Positions 28,001-36,901 of a stretch of DNA of 64,000 bases are shown here, piece by piece (within the stretch, counting starts at the first letter, position 1; each line of letters opens with the position of its first letter). The position numbers and the translations under genes are program-made. The stretch is taken from the NCBI GenBank assembly GCA_964496695.1, contig CAZCBE010000004.1:32123-96122 (forward strand), in the 5' to 3' direction. Under the pieces are notes generated by a model. That model did no database searches. It worked only from the letters and a program-made list of their open reading frames with translations, and was not told the DNA's origin. The DNA comes from an uncultured Klebsiella sp. Its GTDB lineage: Bacteria; Verrucomicrobiota; Verrucomicrobiia; Limisphaerales; SXTU01.

Positions 28001-30547
28001 CTGCTGCACGCTCTTGAGGCGGCCTTGCAGGTCATCGGCTTTCACCGAGTCGCCGAGCGTGAGGAGCTGGGCGACGTGATCGCGCACCTTCGCGATCATC
28101 AGGTCCGACGCCATGTAGGTGTGGATCGCCTCGACCGACTCCATCCCCGCGAGCCGGTTCTGGATGACCTTGAGGATGCGCTCGGCAGCGGTGAGGAGGG
28201 CCGAGGCGCGGCGGTTACGCTGCTCGACGAGCGCGACCTTCCGCTGCTCAAACGCCTCGTAGAGCGACGTGCGCTTCTCGGCGAGCTGGACGGTGTAATC
28301 CTCGAAGTCGGCGAACGCGCCCTCCAGCTCCTCGATTTGCACCGTGAGCCGGTTCAGATACTCATCGCACTTCGCCGGGGCGTCGCAGAGGTCGAGGTAA
28401 CTCGCGGCGGACTGGCTCAACAGCTTGAGCTTCGCGCTGAACTGCGCCGCGCCCTCGGTGGCCACCAGCTCCTGCAGGCGCTTCTTCAACGCCGCCTTGA
28501 CCTGGTTCAGCGTCGAGTAGATCGCGGTGATGCCATCAATGATGCGGGTGGTCTCGGTCGCGTCCTCGATCTTGAGGTTGTTGACGATCTCAATGAGCAG
28601 CTCCAGCTCCGCGCCCGCCTTGGCGACGGCCTGCTCGACCTGCCGGCCCTCCGACGCCTTCGCGACCTTGTCCACGCCGGCAAGCTGTTCCTCCGCCTGT
28701 TTACGATACGGCTCCAGGGCGGCCGGTTGGAGCAGAAACTTTACGCACGCGCGGGAAAGCTCCTCCGTCTGCGTGGTCACGGCGGCCTCGGTGGCCTCAA
28801 TCGCCGCGAGGTCCACATAGCGGACTTCCTTGAGCGTGATGAGTTCGCCGCGCAGTTGCCTAAGCGCGGCGAGGTTCGTGACGAAGTCGTTGAGCGAACG
28901 CAGACCCGCGCGCCGCACGGCCTGAAAGCGCTCTTCGCAGCGCGCCTTGACGTCCTTTACCCGCTGCACAGCCTCGCGCTGGAGGCGGCGCACCTTTTCA
29001 AACTCATCCACCGCCTTGTCCGCCGTCTCGCCCACGGCACGGAGCGCCGCGTCCAGACCGAAGCCGTCCTCGCTCGACAGCCACGAATAGGCGTCGAGCA
29101 TCGCGCCAGTGCGCTTCACGAGGTCGGCGTAGAGCTGGGCGTAAGGACTTTCTTTCCGGGCGAGCGTGAGCACCTCGTTGCACTCGGCCAGGCAGCGGAC
29201 CACCTCCTTGTTGCCGACCTGGTAGAGGAACGCGTCCCGCTTGCCGGCCGGCTCGTAGCCCGCCTGATAGAACGGCGTCTGGCGGAGCTGAATCTGGTGA
29301 TGCCGCTGCGGCTCGGCCTCGGCGCGGAAGACGACGAGGTGGCCGTTGGGGAAGAGCGAGAAGCCGTTGCAGGTGATGCGTTCCTCGACCTTCTGCGCGA
29401 TCAGGCGGTAGGGGAGCAGGGCGTATTGCCCGGTGTCGTTCTTGAAGAAGATGTAGAGTGAGTCCTCGCCGTTGGGCGCGTGGATGATGCGCTCCAGGGT
29501 CATCGGCTCCTCCTTGGTCTCGAAGCGCTTCAGCTCGCCGCTGCTGAGGTAGTAGCCATCCGGGAAGATCAGGCCGTGCTCCTCGGGCAGCAGCGCGCAG
29601 GACTGGCCGATGCTGTCCACACGCTCCGCCGTCTGGGTCTTCTCGTTGAAGATGAAGTAGCGCGCGGCGGTTTCCTTGTAAGGCCGGATCTTGAGCAGGA
29701 TCAGGTGGCCGAGAATCGCATAGGCGATCTCCGCGTCATCCACCTTCTGAAACTTGTCTTCGACGGGTTCGGAGTAAACGCCCTCGCCGGTGGCGGTGTT
29801 GTCCTCGACCTTGATGGTCAGGTCGCCCTCGATGCTCTCGACGAACACCCGGTCCTCGATGGAAACGTGCGGGTGGTCGCCGTAGCGAAAAGACTGCCGG
29901 TCCGGGGTGCGCCAGCGGAATTGGTGCGACGGCGGGAAGCCAATCTTGCGGAACTCGGCCTCCGCGCGGCCGTCCACGTATCGGAGGCGGCCGTCATCAT
30001 AAACCCACTTGAACACCGCCAGATCATTCAACCCCGCGCCAATGCGGAAGACCATGAAGAGGTGCGCCTCAATCAGGGAGAACTTGTGGAAGGCCGCGCG
30101 GTCGTAAACCTTGTAGAGCCGCTTGAAGTCGGTGAGGAAACTCTTGTCCTGCAGGACGGTGAGTTCCGCCTCCTTGAAGGTTCCGGCCGCTTCGTCGCGC
30201 CGGTAGAGGGCGAACACATCACCGAGTTCGATGGCCTTCTTCAGCCCGAAACTGACGTTGAAGCCGAAGAGGAACTGACCCTCGCCAAGCTGCACCATGT
30301 CCTGCGGGATGCAGTTGTGCGAGGTGGTGATGCGGTCGGCCTGGAGGAGCTTGAACTCCACGTTGCCGAAGACCTCGCCGCGCCGGGCGTCGAGCTTCGC
30401 CATGCGCTCGCGCAACGCCTCCGCGTGCGTGCCGAGGCGCTGGCGGATGACCTCGTAGGTCGCGCTGCCGAGCGCGGCGGCGGCAGACGGCTGGGCTGCG
30501 GGAGCTGACGCGGCGGGCTGTGGTTCGGTTGGCTTAGGGTCGGCCAT
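25067..30547 (-). CDS. giant (1,826 aa) protein with coiled-coil core and a single AAA+ ATPase module (AAA_5/MoxR-dynein-like), function unknown
   Basis: ATG at 30547 overlaps the end of the upstream small gene by 14 nt. The N-terminal ~430 aa have no recognisable motif, and about 650 aa are E/A/L/R/K-rich coiled-coil. Walker A LLLISPPGYGKTTLMEYV is encoded at about nt 26605-26640. Walker B is VMICVDDIQHTNPEF, followed by RKVVVVMCGNPYTES (the NP-containing sensor segment typical of AAA_5). The C-terminus ends Pro-rich (AAPKPPPIPEEPG). Confidence 0.85.
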   Translation of the reverse strand: MADPKPTEPQPAASAPAAQPSAAAALGSATYEVIRQRLGTHAEALRERMAKLDARRGEVFGNVEFKLLQADRITTSHNCIPQDMVQLGEGQFLFGFNVSFGLKKAIELGDVFALYRRDEAAGTFKEAELTVLQDKSFLTDFKRLYKVYDRAAFHKFSLIEAHLFMVFRIGAGLNDLAVFKWVYDDGRLRYVDGRAEAEFRKIGFPPSHQFRWRTPDRQSFRYGDHPHVSIEDRVFVESIEGDLTIKVEDNTATGEGVYSEPVEDKFQKVDDAEIAYAILGHLILLKIRPYKETAARYFIFNEKTQTAERVDSIGQSCALLPEEHGLIFPDGYYLSSGELKRFETKEEPMTLERIIHAPNGEDSLYIFFKNDTGQYALLPYRLIAQKVEERITCNGFSLFPNGHLVVFRAEAEPQRHHQIQLRQTPFYQAGYEPAGKRDAFLYQVGNKEVVRCLAECNEVLTLARKESPYAQLYADLVKRTGAMLDAYSWLSSEDGFGLDAALRAVGETADKAVDEFEKVRRLQREAVQRVKDVKARCEERFQAVRRAGLRSLNDFVTNLAALRQLRGELITLKEVRYVDLAAIEATEAAVTTQTEELSRACVKFLLQPAALEPYRKQAEEQLAGVDKVAKASEGRQVEQAVAKAGAELELLIEIVNNLKIEDATETTRIIDGITAIYSTLNQVKAALKKRLQELVATEGAAQFSAKLKLLSQSAASYLDLCDAPAKCDEYLNRLTVQIEELEGAFADFEDYTVQLAEKRTSLYEAFEQRKVALVEQRNRRASALLTAAERILKVIQNRLAGMESVEAIHTYMASDLMIAKVRDHVAQLLTLGDSVKADDLQGRLKSVQQEAVRQLKDRQELFTGGPNVIQLGRHQFNTNTQPLELTVVNRDGVQHVHLTSTKYFEPVTDDAFLATRDVWEQEVISENAQVYRAEYLAWQMLKAAESGAFFSLSPSGGEGRGEGAARTLADALSLNDETRLAAVQHFMQARYAEGYMKGIHDLDAARVFHTLLSTHTALRLARFHPTVRACAVVWWLRFCPPDTRALWTAKLKGFGTRSRLFPGDPTQQVYIHALQALLAVFIEETKLFAPDIAAPAGEYLFHELTTGDTFASSHEAEQLTSALRQHLVVKGCEDDFAQARQALASHPASEFELVRDWTRGFLLGQSSRTHLDEVAAIVFCGDALPRTMVAASTTAKLEGMKGAHATLRESRYHFDYLAFTDKLRHFERDVVPRFEQFHRLKQELLDRERAKLRLDEFKPKVLTSFVRNQLIDQVYLPLVGDNLAKQVGAAGATKRTDLMGLLLLISPPGYGKTTLMEYVASRLGIVFVKINGPALGHNVTSLDPQEAPNAAAREEIQKLNLALEMGDNVMICVDDIQHTNPEFLQKFISLCDGQRRIEGVWRNKPRTYDLRGRKVVVVMCGNPYTESGLKFKLPDMLSNRADTYNLGDIAAGGNADSFKASYLENAVTSNAVLAPLANRSQKDVRTFIRMAATGAGQPESETFDGSYSAQEIEEILNVLRKLVAIRDIVLRVNQEYIASAAQADEFRTEPAFRLQGSYRNMNRLAEKVAPIMNDAEVRALVLAHYRNESQTLTTGAEANMLKLKELLAVQSPEEKTRWEEIKRTFKRNQFTRGTDTTDPVGRLVAQLATFQGGLESIRDTLEQRLSTPAAQATPAIDADTLAKTLEALRLSLETRPSQTAAQGTDMGVLIHQFTDGMKALRVELSRALRTAHSGALSQKVDSLTHEMEMLHSTMSSVEDLARQQRDQIRTSQELLAARAKQGTLEVEVTQEMLENQSVFLRRFNEALAASHHPAAPKPPPIPEEPG

Positions 30548-30920
30548 ACATCGCGAAGTAAAACCAAAGGCCGAACAGCGCCGTTGATGCCACGGATAAA
30601 ATCGTCGCGATGATCAGGCGCAACTTCCAACCCTGCTCCATCAATTGGCGCACGCCAGCATAAGCCAAGGCCGGTGCCACAAAGATGCTCAGCAGGAAAG
30701 TGGGCTTGGCCAGATGCAGTGGCCACATGAACCAGAAGACAAGGAACGTCCACCCGGTCAAAATGAACACAATGCTGCTCCAAGCGAGCATCTGCGACGG
30801 GGTGATTGGCCGTTGCAGCCTCACCTGATGAGCTGACGTTTGCGATCTGGGTGTTGAAGGCATTTTTCGCGCAAGAGCCACGATTCTGCATTCGCTTACC
30901 AACGCGTTCCAACCACTCAA
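30534..30920 (-). CDS. small integral membrane protein (about 3 TM helices), translationally coupled on both sides
   Basis: TTG start at 30920 overlaps the flotillin TGA (TTGA). An alternative ATG gives MLAWSSIVFILTGWTFLVFWFMWPLHL...FVAPALAYAGV...LIIATILSVASTALFGLWFYFAMYG. The stop lies inside the first codons of the giant gene. Confidence 0.5.
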   Translation of the reverse strand: MSGWNALVSECRIVALARKMPSTPRSQTSAHQVRLQRPITPSQMLAWSSIVFILTGWTFLVFWFMWPLHLAKPTFLLSIFVAPALAYAGVRQLMEQGWKLRLIIATILSVASTALFGLWFYFAMYGRP

Positions 30921-33085
30921 TTCCGCTTCGCCACCTCAGTCACCACCATGCTGGCCGGCGCGTCATGCACGCCCCGTTCTTTCGCCGCACTCAACGCGGA
31001 CCGCATCAACGACTGCATACCGCTGTCCTGGGTGGAGGCGATCAGCTTGGCCAGCAGCGCGGAGAGGGTGAGGTTTTTTACGTCCTCGCTGCTGAGGCCG
31101 AAATCCGTCACCCACTGCCGCACCTGCGTCTTGAAGTGATCCGGGTCGCCGCTGAAGAACGTGCTCTTCACGTCCGTGAGGACGGTGCTGTTGTTCACCA
31201 TGCGGTCCACGGACTTGCCAGTGCCGACGGCCTTGACGATCTTCTCGAAGAAGTCGTTCTCGCCGCCGACGATGTCTATGTGCGCGTGCTTGAGCGCCTC
31301 GCCCACGATGTTCGAGTGCGACTGCGCCACATCCCGCTGCACATGGATGGCGGCCAGCTCGACGTCGCGTTCCTTGGCGAGCCGGAGCTTGAACTCCTCG
31401 TGCTCCCGGCCGGCGTCGTGCAGAAGCTTCATGGACTCGGCCTTCTGGTGAATGGCTTTCGCTTCGGCTGATCCTCTCGCCTCGATGCCGGTGGCGACAG
31501 CGATTTCCTTCTGCTTGGTCCCTTCCGCCTCGGCGGACGCCTGCGACTGGGTGTTCTGGGCCAGCACTGCGCCCTTGGCTTTGGAGACATCGGCCTCGGC
31601 GAGCCCGACTTCCTTGATGGCGCTGGCGTCAACCTTCCTGGCCCCGGCCTTCGCGGTGATGACGCGGGCTTCGGCCAGCCCCTTCGCAGCTTCCATGGCG
31701 GCGATGCCCTCGGCCTGCTGTTCGGCGGCGTGGCGCTTTTTGTCGCTGGCTTTGGCCTCGGCGTCGGCGGTGGTCTGGAGGCGCTCGGCATCGCGGAGTG
31801 CGGCGTCGCGTCCGGCATCCGCGGCGGTGATGACCTTGATCTTCTCGCCCTCGGCATGATGGCGGTCGGCTTCCTTCTGCGCCTCGGCGGCGACGACCTT
31901 CTCGACCTGCTCCTTCTTGGCAATCATGTCCGCCTCGATCAGCGTGACCTCGCGGACGCGCTCGGCAGTCATGCGGGCTTCGATGTTGTCCTTCTCCTGC
32001 TGCTGCTGCACGACGCCCTTTTCCTCGGCTACCACCGTGGCGCGCTTGCGCTGCACCTCGACGGCCGCCTCGGCGACCTTCACCTCTTTGTCCATCTCGG
32101 CCAGCGACACGGTGCGCTCGCGGCGGACACGCGCCTCCTCGCCCTCCTGCACGGACTCCTGGTCCAGGCGCTGCTTCTCCTTCTTCACGGTGAACTCGCG
32201 CTCCTGCACAGCGCGGTTCATGTCCTCCTGGCGGAGGCGGATGGCTTCCTCGGCTTCGATGCGTTTGCCTTCGACCTCGCGGCGGCGGGCTTCGATGATC
32301 TTGCGGGACTCGGCCTCCTCGTTGGCCTTCACCTCGGTGATGGCGCGGGTCTGCTTGGCGGTGTCCTCCTCGTTGCGGCGCCGCTGCTCGCGCTTGGCGA
32401 TGTCGGCGTCGGCGTTTTCCTTTTCCACCTGCACCTGCGCGCGCTGGGAGAATTCGTTGGCGATGACGCGTTCGCGCTGGGTGATCTCGGTGATCTTCTT
32501 GATGCCCTCGGAGTCGAGCACGTTGCTCGGGTCATGCTGGTCCAGCGGGGTCTGCTCCAGATAGTCAATCGCCACGTCCTGCAGGATGAAGCCGTCCAGG
32601 TCCTTGCCAATGGTCGCCTGGATTTGCTCGCGGAACTTGGTGCGCTCGGTGAACAGCTCGTGGAATTCCATCTGCTTGCCGGCGGTCTTGAGCGCCTCAG
32701 AGAATTTCGCCTCGAACAGCTCGCGGAGCTGGTTGAGGTCGGAGACGCGTTCCGGCGTGAGCATCTGGGCGACCTTGCGGACGCTCTCCGCCGTGGCGTC
32801 CACTCGGATGTAGAAGGCCACGGAGATGTCCGCGCGGATGTTGTCCTTGCAGACCAGGCCGTCCTTGCCCTTGCGCTGAATTTCGATTTTTTTGACGGAG
32901 ATGTCCACCAGTTCGAGGGTCTGGACAATGGGCAGGCGCACCATCCAATCAAAGGAGACACGCATCCCGCCCACGCCGACGATGACGCCAGCCTTGCCCG
33001 GCTGAATCTTGCGGATGCAAACGGCGAGTCCGACCGTGAGGCCCAGAAGTCCCATGAAGAGAAGTCCTAAGAGGAGGTATTCCAT
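30917..33085 (-). CDS. flotillin-like SPFH/Band-7 domain protein (long form, 722 aa)
   Basis: N-terminal TM segment (MEYLLLGLLFMGLLGLTVGLAV) followed by an SPFH domain (IQPGKAGVIVGVGGMRVSF...IVQTLELVDISVKKIEIQRKGKDGLVCKDNIRADISVAFYIRV). Then a very long EA/ER-rich coiled-coil and a C-terminal flotillin-type region. Confidence 0.85.
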   Translation of the reverse strand: MEYLLLGLLFMGLLGLTVGLAVCIRKIQPGKAGVIVGVGGMRVSFDWMVRLPIVQTLELVDISVKKIEIQRKGKDGLVCKDNIRADISVAFYIRVDATAESVRKVAQMLTPERVSDLNQLRELFEAKFSEALKTAGKQMEFHELFTERTKFREQIQATIGKDLDGFILQDVAIDYLEQTPLDQHDPSNVLDSEGIKKITEITQRERVIANEFSQRAQVQVEKENADADIAKREQRRRNEEDTAKQTRAITEVKANEEAESRKIIEARRREVEGKRIEAEEAIRLRQEDMNRAVQEREFTVKKEKQRLDQESVQEGEEARVRRERTVSLAEMDKEVKVAEAAVEVQRKRATVVAEEKGVVQQQQEKDNIEARMTAERVREVTLIEADMIAKKEQVEKVVAAEAQKEADRHHAEGEKIKVITAADAGRDAALRDAERLQTTADAEAKASDKKRHAAEQQAEGIAAMEAAKGLAEARVITAKAGARKVDASAIKEVGLAEADVSKAKGAVLAQNTQSQASAEAEGTKQKEIAVATGIEARGSAEAKAIHQKAESMKLLHDAGREHEEFKLRLAKERDVELAAIHVQRDVAQSHSNIVGEALKHAHIDIVGGENDFFEKIVKAVGTGKSVDRMVNNSTVLTDVKSTFFSGDPDHFKTQVRQWVTDFGLSSEDVKNLTLSALLAKLIASTQDSGMQSLMRSALSAAKERGVHDAPASMVVTEVAKRN

Positions 33086-33463
33086 AAGCGTGTCGGTTAG
33101 TGGTTGGTGGTGCTGTCCGTTGTGCAGCGTTTAAGGCATTTCTTCGGGACGACGTATTAACTACTAAATCATTCGGAGGCAGGCCAGTGGAATCAGGCAG
33201 TGGAATTGTAGAAGATGTGAGGGTCCACGTTCGAGTGGTCGCGTAGCGACGCCCGAGTGCTGCGATGGGTGAATTCAGCGGTTCAAGCGTCGCTACGCGA
33301 CGCCGGTCGTCGGCTGGCCTGACCGTGGGTTAAAACCCACGGCTACCGTCGGAACCTCGCTATGCGAAGGGACCGGTCGCACGGGTCGGTTGCACAAAGG
33401 CTGACGTGCGTCAGTTGCAGGCCGGTTCCGGGATTGGCCAGAAGCCAGCCACCCTGCGCTTGC
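33086..33463. promoter_or_regulatory. palindrome-rich leader/promoter region upstream of the flotillin cassette
   Basis: Inverted pair gtcgcgtagcgacgc (about 33238) and gcgtcgctacgcgac (about 33292), each itself palindromic. Hairpins ccgtgggttaaaacccacgg and ctgacgtgcgtcag. An AT-rich tract sits at about 33150-33200. Confidence 0.4.
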
Positions 33464-35020
33464 TCACCCTTCCTTGCGATAGCTCGCCACCACCCATTCG
33501 CTGAGCACCTTGTCCGGCGCGGCGACGGCCTCGGCTTCGAGGATGAACTCCTTCCGGCCGGTGTTGCCGGCGACGAGCTTGAGGCCGAACTGGAAGTCCT
33601 TGAACTTCTGCCCACAGAGGTCGCGCACGGAGAGCTTCTTCTCCAAGGCTTCGGCGATCAGCGCGTCGGCTGCGGCGTCGGTGAAGCGCAGGGTGAGCTG
33701 GTGCTCCTTGGTGAAGCGCTCGCCGAACTGGTGGACGAGCTGGCGCATCACGATCTGCTCCTCTTTCGCGTGATCTGCGAGGAGCTGCTTCAGCCCGGCC
33801 GCAGGGTGGTCCACCAGGTCGCGGGTCACCACGAAGCGTTTCACGAGCGTGCTGGGCAGCTCGAACTTGAAATCCCGCAGCGCGCGCTCACACACGGTCA
33901 TCAGGCCGCGTGCGCCGGTCTTCTCATCCCCGGCCCGCTCGGCGATGCGCCGCAGGCCGTCCTCATGGAAGAGCACCTCGATGCCGTAGGCGGCGAAGTC
34001 CTGCTCGTATTGGTGGATGATGCTGCCTTCGCTGGTCTTGAGGATGTGGAAGAGGTCGTCCACCGCGAGCGGCTGGCAGACCACGCGCACGGGCAGGCGG
34101 CCGATGAACTCCGGCTCGAACCCGAAATCAATGAAGTCCCGCGTCTGCGCCTCGCCGAGCACGCTGGCCGCGTCGGCCTGCGTCTGGGGCTTGGCGGCAA
34201 AGCCAATCGTCGCCTCGCGCAGCCGCTTGCGGACGATCTTGTCCAGCCCGTCGAACGCGCCGCTGACCACGAAGAGGATGTGCTTGGTGTTGATGTTGGC
34301 CGGGCCCTTTTTCGTCCCGCGCTGCACTTCCATCATCGCCTGGATCTGGCCGGCGATGTCCTGCGGCGACCGCGCGGGGACCTCGGTCTCCTCCATCAGC
34401 TTGAGGAGGTTGGTCTGCACGCCGCGTCCGCTTACGTCGCGGCCGGAGGCGTTGGTGGCACTGGCGAGCTTGTCTATCTCATCTATGTAAATGATGCCGT
34501 GCTGGGCGCGGGCCACATCGCCATCGGCGCGGCGGACGAGTTCGCGGACGATGTCCTCCACGTCGCCGCCCACGTAGCCGGTCTCGCTGAACTTGGTGGC
34601 ATCCGCCTTCACGAACGGCACGCCGATGAGGTCCGCCATGCTGCGGACGAGGTAGGTTTTACCGACACCGGTCGGGCCAAGGAGGATGATGTTCTGCTTG
34701 GCGTAGTTGGGCATCGCCTTGCCACCGAGCGCCGCCTGCACCGCGTGGTAGTGGTCGCAAAGGGCGACGCTGAGGACTTTCTTGGCCTCGTCCTGTTGGA
34801 TCACGAAACGGTCGAGGTGCGCTTTGACATCGCGTGGCTTGCGGTCGAATTGGAAGACCGGGCTGGCTGCGTCGCCGGTCGGCGGCTCGGCGCTGGAGTC
34901 AAAGTTTGGCTGGGCATCGCTGGCCGAGGGAGGCGGGACTTGGAGATGGCGCATCAAGTCATTGAGGCGGCGCTGGAACTCCTCGGGCGTCGGCTGGTGG
35001 CTGGCAATCACGTCGCGCAT
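33464..35020 (-). CDS. ClpX-family AAA+ unfoldase lacking the N-terminal zinc-binding domain
   Basis: Walker [14 protein letters not shown]. Pore loop [11 protein letters not shown]. Walker [30 protein letters not shown] block. ClpP-docking IGF loop (ATIGFAAKP). The N-terminal 90 aa contain no C4 zinc finger. Confidence 0.8.
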   Translation of the reverse strand: MRDVIASHQPTPEEFQRRLNDLMRHLQVPPPSASDAQPNFDSSAEPPTGDAASPVFQFDRKPRDVKAHLDRFVIQQDEAKKVLSVALCDHYHAVQAALGGKAMPNYAKQNIILLGPTGVGKTYLVRSMADLIGVPFVKADATKFSETGYVGGDVEDIVRELVRRADGDVARAQHGIIYIDEIDKLASATNASGRDVSGRGVQTNLLKLMEETEVPARSPQDIAGQIQAMMEVQRGTKKGPANINTKHILFVVSGAFDGLDKIVRKRLREATIGFAAKPQTQADAASVLGEAQTRDFIDFGFEPEFIGRLPVRVVCQPLAVDDLFHILKTSEGSIIHQYEQDFAAYGIEVLFHEDGLRRIAERAGDEKTGARGLMTVCERALRDFKFELPSTLVKRFVVTRDLVDHPAAGLKQLLADHAKEEQIVMRQLVHQFGERFTKEHQLTLRFTDAAADALIAEALEKKLSVRDLCGQKFKDFQFGLKLVAGNTGRKEFILEAEAVAAPDKVLSEWVVASYRKEG

Positions 35021-35320
35021 GGCGGCGATACGGTGGCACTGAAGCGCGGCATTGCAAGCCGTAGGAGACGGAGAAAGGAAGGTGGGAAAGACAATCGCTG
35101 CACGCTTTCAAACCGCTACCAGGAGCCGCAGTGGTAGGGCGGGGTGTCCTCACCCCGCCGCCGATCATCCGGAGGCAACAAGATCACGGCGGCGTGCCGA
35201 GGACAGCGTGCCCTGCCAGTGCTGGCTTAGTTTGCATCACCGTGTTTCCAGTGATCTTCTGCGAGGTGGGGCTGAATTCCCTCCGTCTCCGCCCGTCCAT
35301 TTCAAGGACGATTTCACAGC

Positions 35321-36667
35321 ATGAGCAAGCCACGTTACAACTGCAACGGACTGGGCCGCCGCGACTTCCTCCAGCTCGGGCTGGGCGCGACCGCCGGCCT
35401 GGGCTTCACGGATCTGCTCCGCCTCCGTGCCGGCGCGGCTGAAGCCGCCAAGGCTGCGGGCAAGTCGTCGGGCAAGCGAATCAATGTCATCATGATCTGG
35501 CAGGATGGCGGGCCGAGCCATTACGAGAGCTTCGATCCGAAGCCGGACGCGCCGTCCGAGATTCGCGGCGAGTTCAAGTCCATCAAGACGGCGGTCACCG
35601 GCACCCATTTTTCCGAGTGCGTTCCCGAACTGGCCAAGGTGGCGGACAAGTTTACCGTGCTGCGCTCGCTCGCGCACAAGGACCCCAATCATGGCGGTGG
35701 CAACCACTACCTCATGACTGGAGCGCCCACGCCCGTGCCGGTGGGCTGCGGTGCGTTTGTGACGTTCCATCCTTCGTTTGGTTCCGTTGTCTCGTTCAAG
35801 CGCGGCGTGCAGAACGGCATCCCGCCCTACATGACCATGCCGAGCATCTCGCGCTCCGGCGGGCCGAATTTCCTCGGGGCCGAGCATGCGCCGTTCGTCG
35901 TGGGCGGGTCGCCGCAGGCCGCGGGCTTCAAGGTCCGGGACGTGGTGCTCCCGACGGACATCAGCGAGGGCAGGGGAGTGTCACGTCAGGACTTGCGCAA
36001 GTCACTCGACCGTCTCGCGCGCATTACGGACGCGGCGGCGGAAGATCCGACAGTGGGCTTCGACAAGTTTTACGAGCAGGGCGTGGATCTCATCACCAGC
36101 CCGCAGGCCCAGGCGGCCTTCGACATTGGCAAGGAAGATCAGAAGACCCGCGACTTGTATGGTGCGAATGACTTCGGCCAGCGCTGCCTCCTCGCGCGCC
36201 GGCTCACCGAGGCCGGGGTGTCGTGGGTGACGGTCTATTCCGGCGGCTGGGACCATCACGAAAAAATTTTTGAAGCCCTCAAGGGCAACCAGGGCGTGAA
36301 CTTCGACAAGGGTGTCGCGGCGTTGATTGCCGACCTGGACCGACGGGGTTCTTTGGAGAACACACTCGTCCTTGCACTCGGCGAATTTGGCCGGACCCCG
36401 AAGGTCAACCAGCGCGTGGGCCGCGACCATTGGCCATTTGCCATGAGCGTGCTGTGCGCCGGTGCCGGGGTGCCGCGCGGGACGATCATCGGGGCGACCG
36501 ACCCGAAGGGCTACTACGCGGCGGACAACGTCTATTGCCCGGAGGACTTCGCCACGACGCTCTACACCAAGCTGGGCATTGACCCGCATCAGGTGCTCCA
36601 CACGAACACGGGCCGGCCGGCGCAGTTGGTCAACGGCGGGCGGCCGATCAAGGAGCTGTTTTCCTGA
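35321..36667 (+). CDS. DUF1501 domain protein with Tat signal (paralog of 4884-6257)
   Basis: MSKPRYNCNGLGRRDFLQLGLGATAGLGF (twin-arginine motif). Conserved blocks shared with the first copy (IWQDGGPSHYESFDPKPDAPSEIRGEF, GEFGRTPKVNQRVGRDHW). Confidence 0.85.
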   Translation: MSKPRYNCNGLGRRDFLQLGLGATAGLGFTDLLRLRAGAAEAAKAAGKSSGKRINVIMIWQDGGPSHYESFDPKPDAPSEIRGEFKSIKTAVTGTHFSECVPELAKVADKFTVLRSLAHKDPNHGGGNHYLMTGAPTPVPVGCGAFVTFHPSFGSVVSFKRGVQNGIPPYMTMPSISRSGGPNFLGAEHAPFVVGGSPQAAGFKVRDVVLPTDISEGRGVSRQDLRKSLDRLARITDAAAEDPTVGFDKFYEQGVDLITSPQAQAAFDIGKEDQKTRDLYGANDFGQRCLLARRLTEAGVSWVTVYSGGWDHHEKIFEALKGNQGVNFDKGVAALIADLDRRGSLENTLVLALGEFGRTPKVNQRVGRDHWPFAMSVLCAGAGVPRGTIIGATDPKGYYAADNVYCPEDFATTLYTKLGIDPHQVLHTNTGRPAQLVNGGRPIKELFS

Positions 36668-36901
36668 GGTGTCGGCAGAGCGCCGGTCTCCGACCCGGCG
36701 TGGTCGTAGTGCGATCACTCTCAACGCTGGAGCGCAGGTGAGCCGATGGTGAGGAGCGTGGCCTGCAGGCCGCAGGAACGTTAGCAGGCCGCTGGTGATT
36801 CTAACGGAATCGTTCCAACTGTGGCTTTCTGCTGCGTGAACGCCGCGCTCCGGGCGGGGTCAACGCGCCGGGTCGGAGACCGGCGCTCCGGAACCAGCCG
36901 C

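Noticed and set aside
25160-29461. Long plus-strand ORFs (823 aa at 25160-27631, 534 aa at 27857-29461, 342 aa at 29480-30508) antisense to the giant AAA+ gene
   Set aside because: They are entirely nested opposite a strongly supported coding frame. Their Arg/Ala/Gly/Leu-rich, low-complexity translations are typical of shadow ORFs in GC-rich DNA, and no motif is recognised.
31730-33070. 446-aa plus-strand ORF opposite the flotillin gene
   Set aside because: Antisense shadow of the highly repetitive EA-rich coiled-coil coding region.
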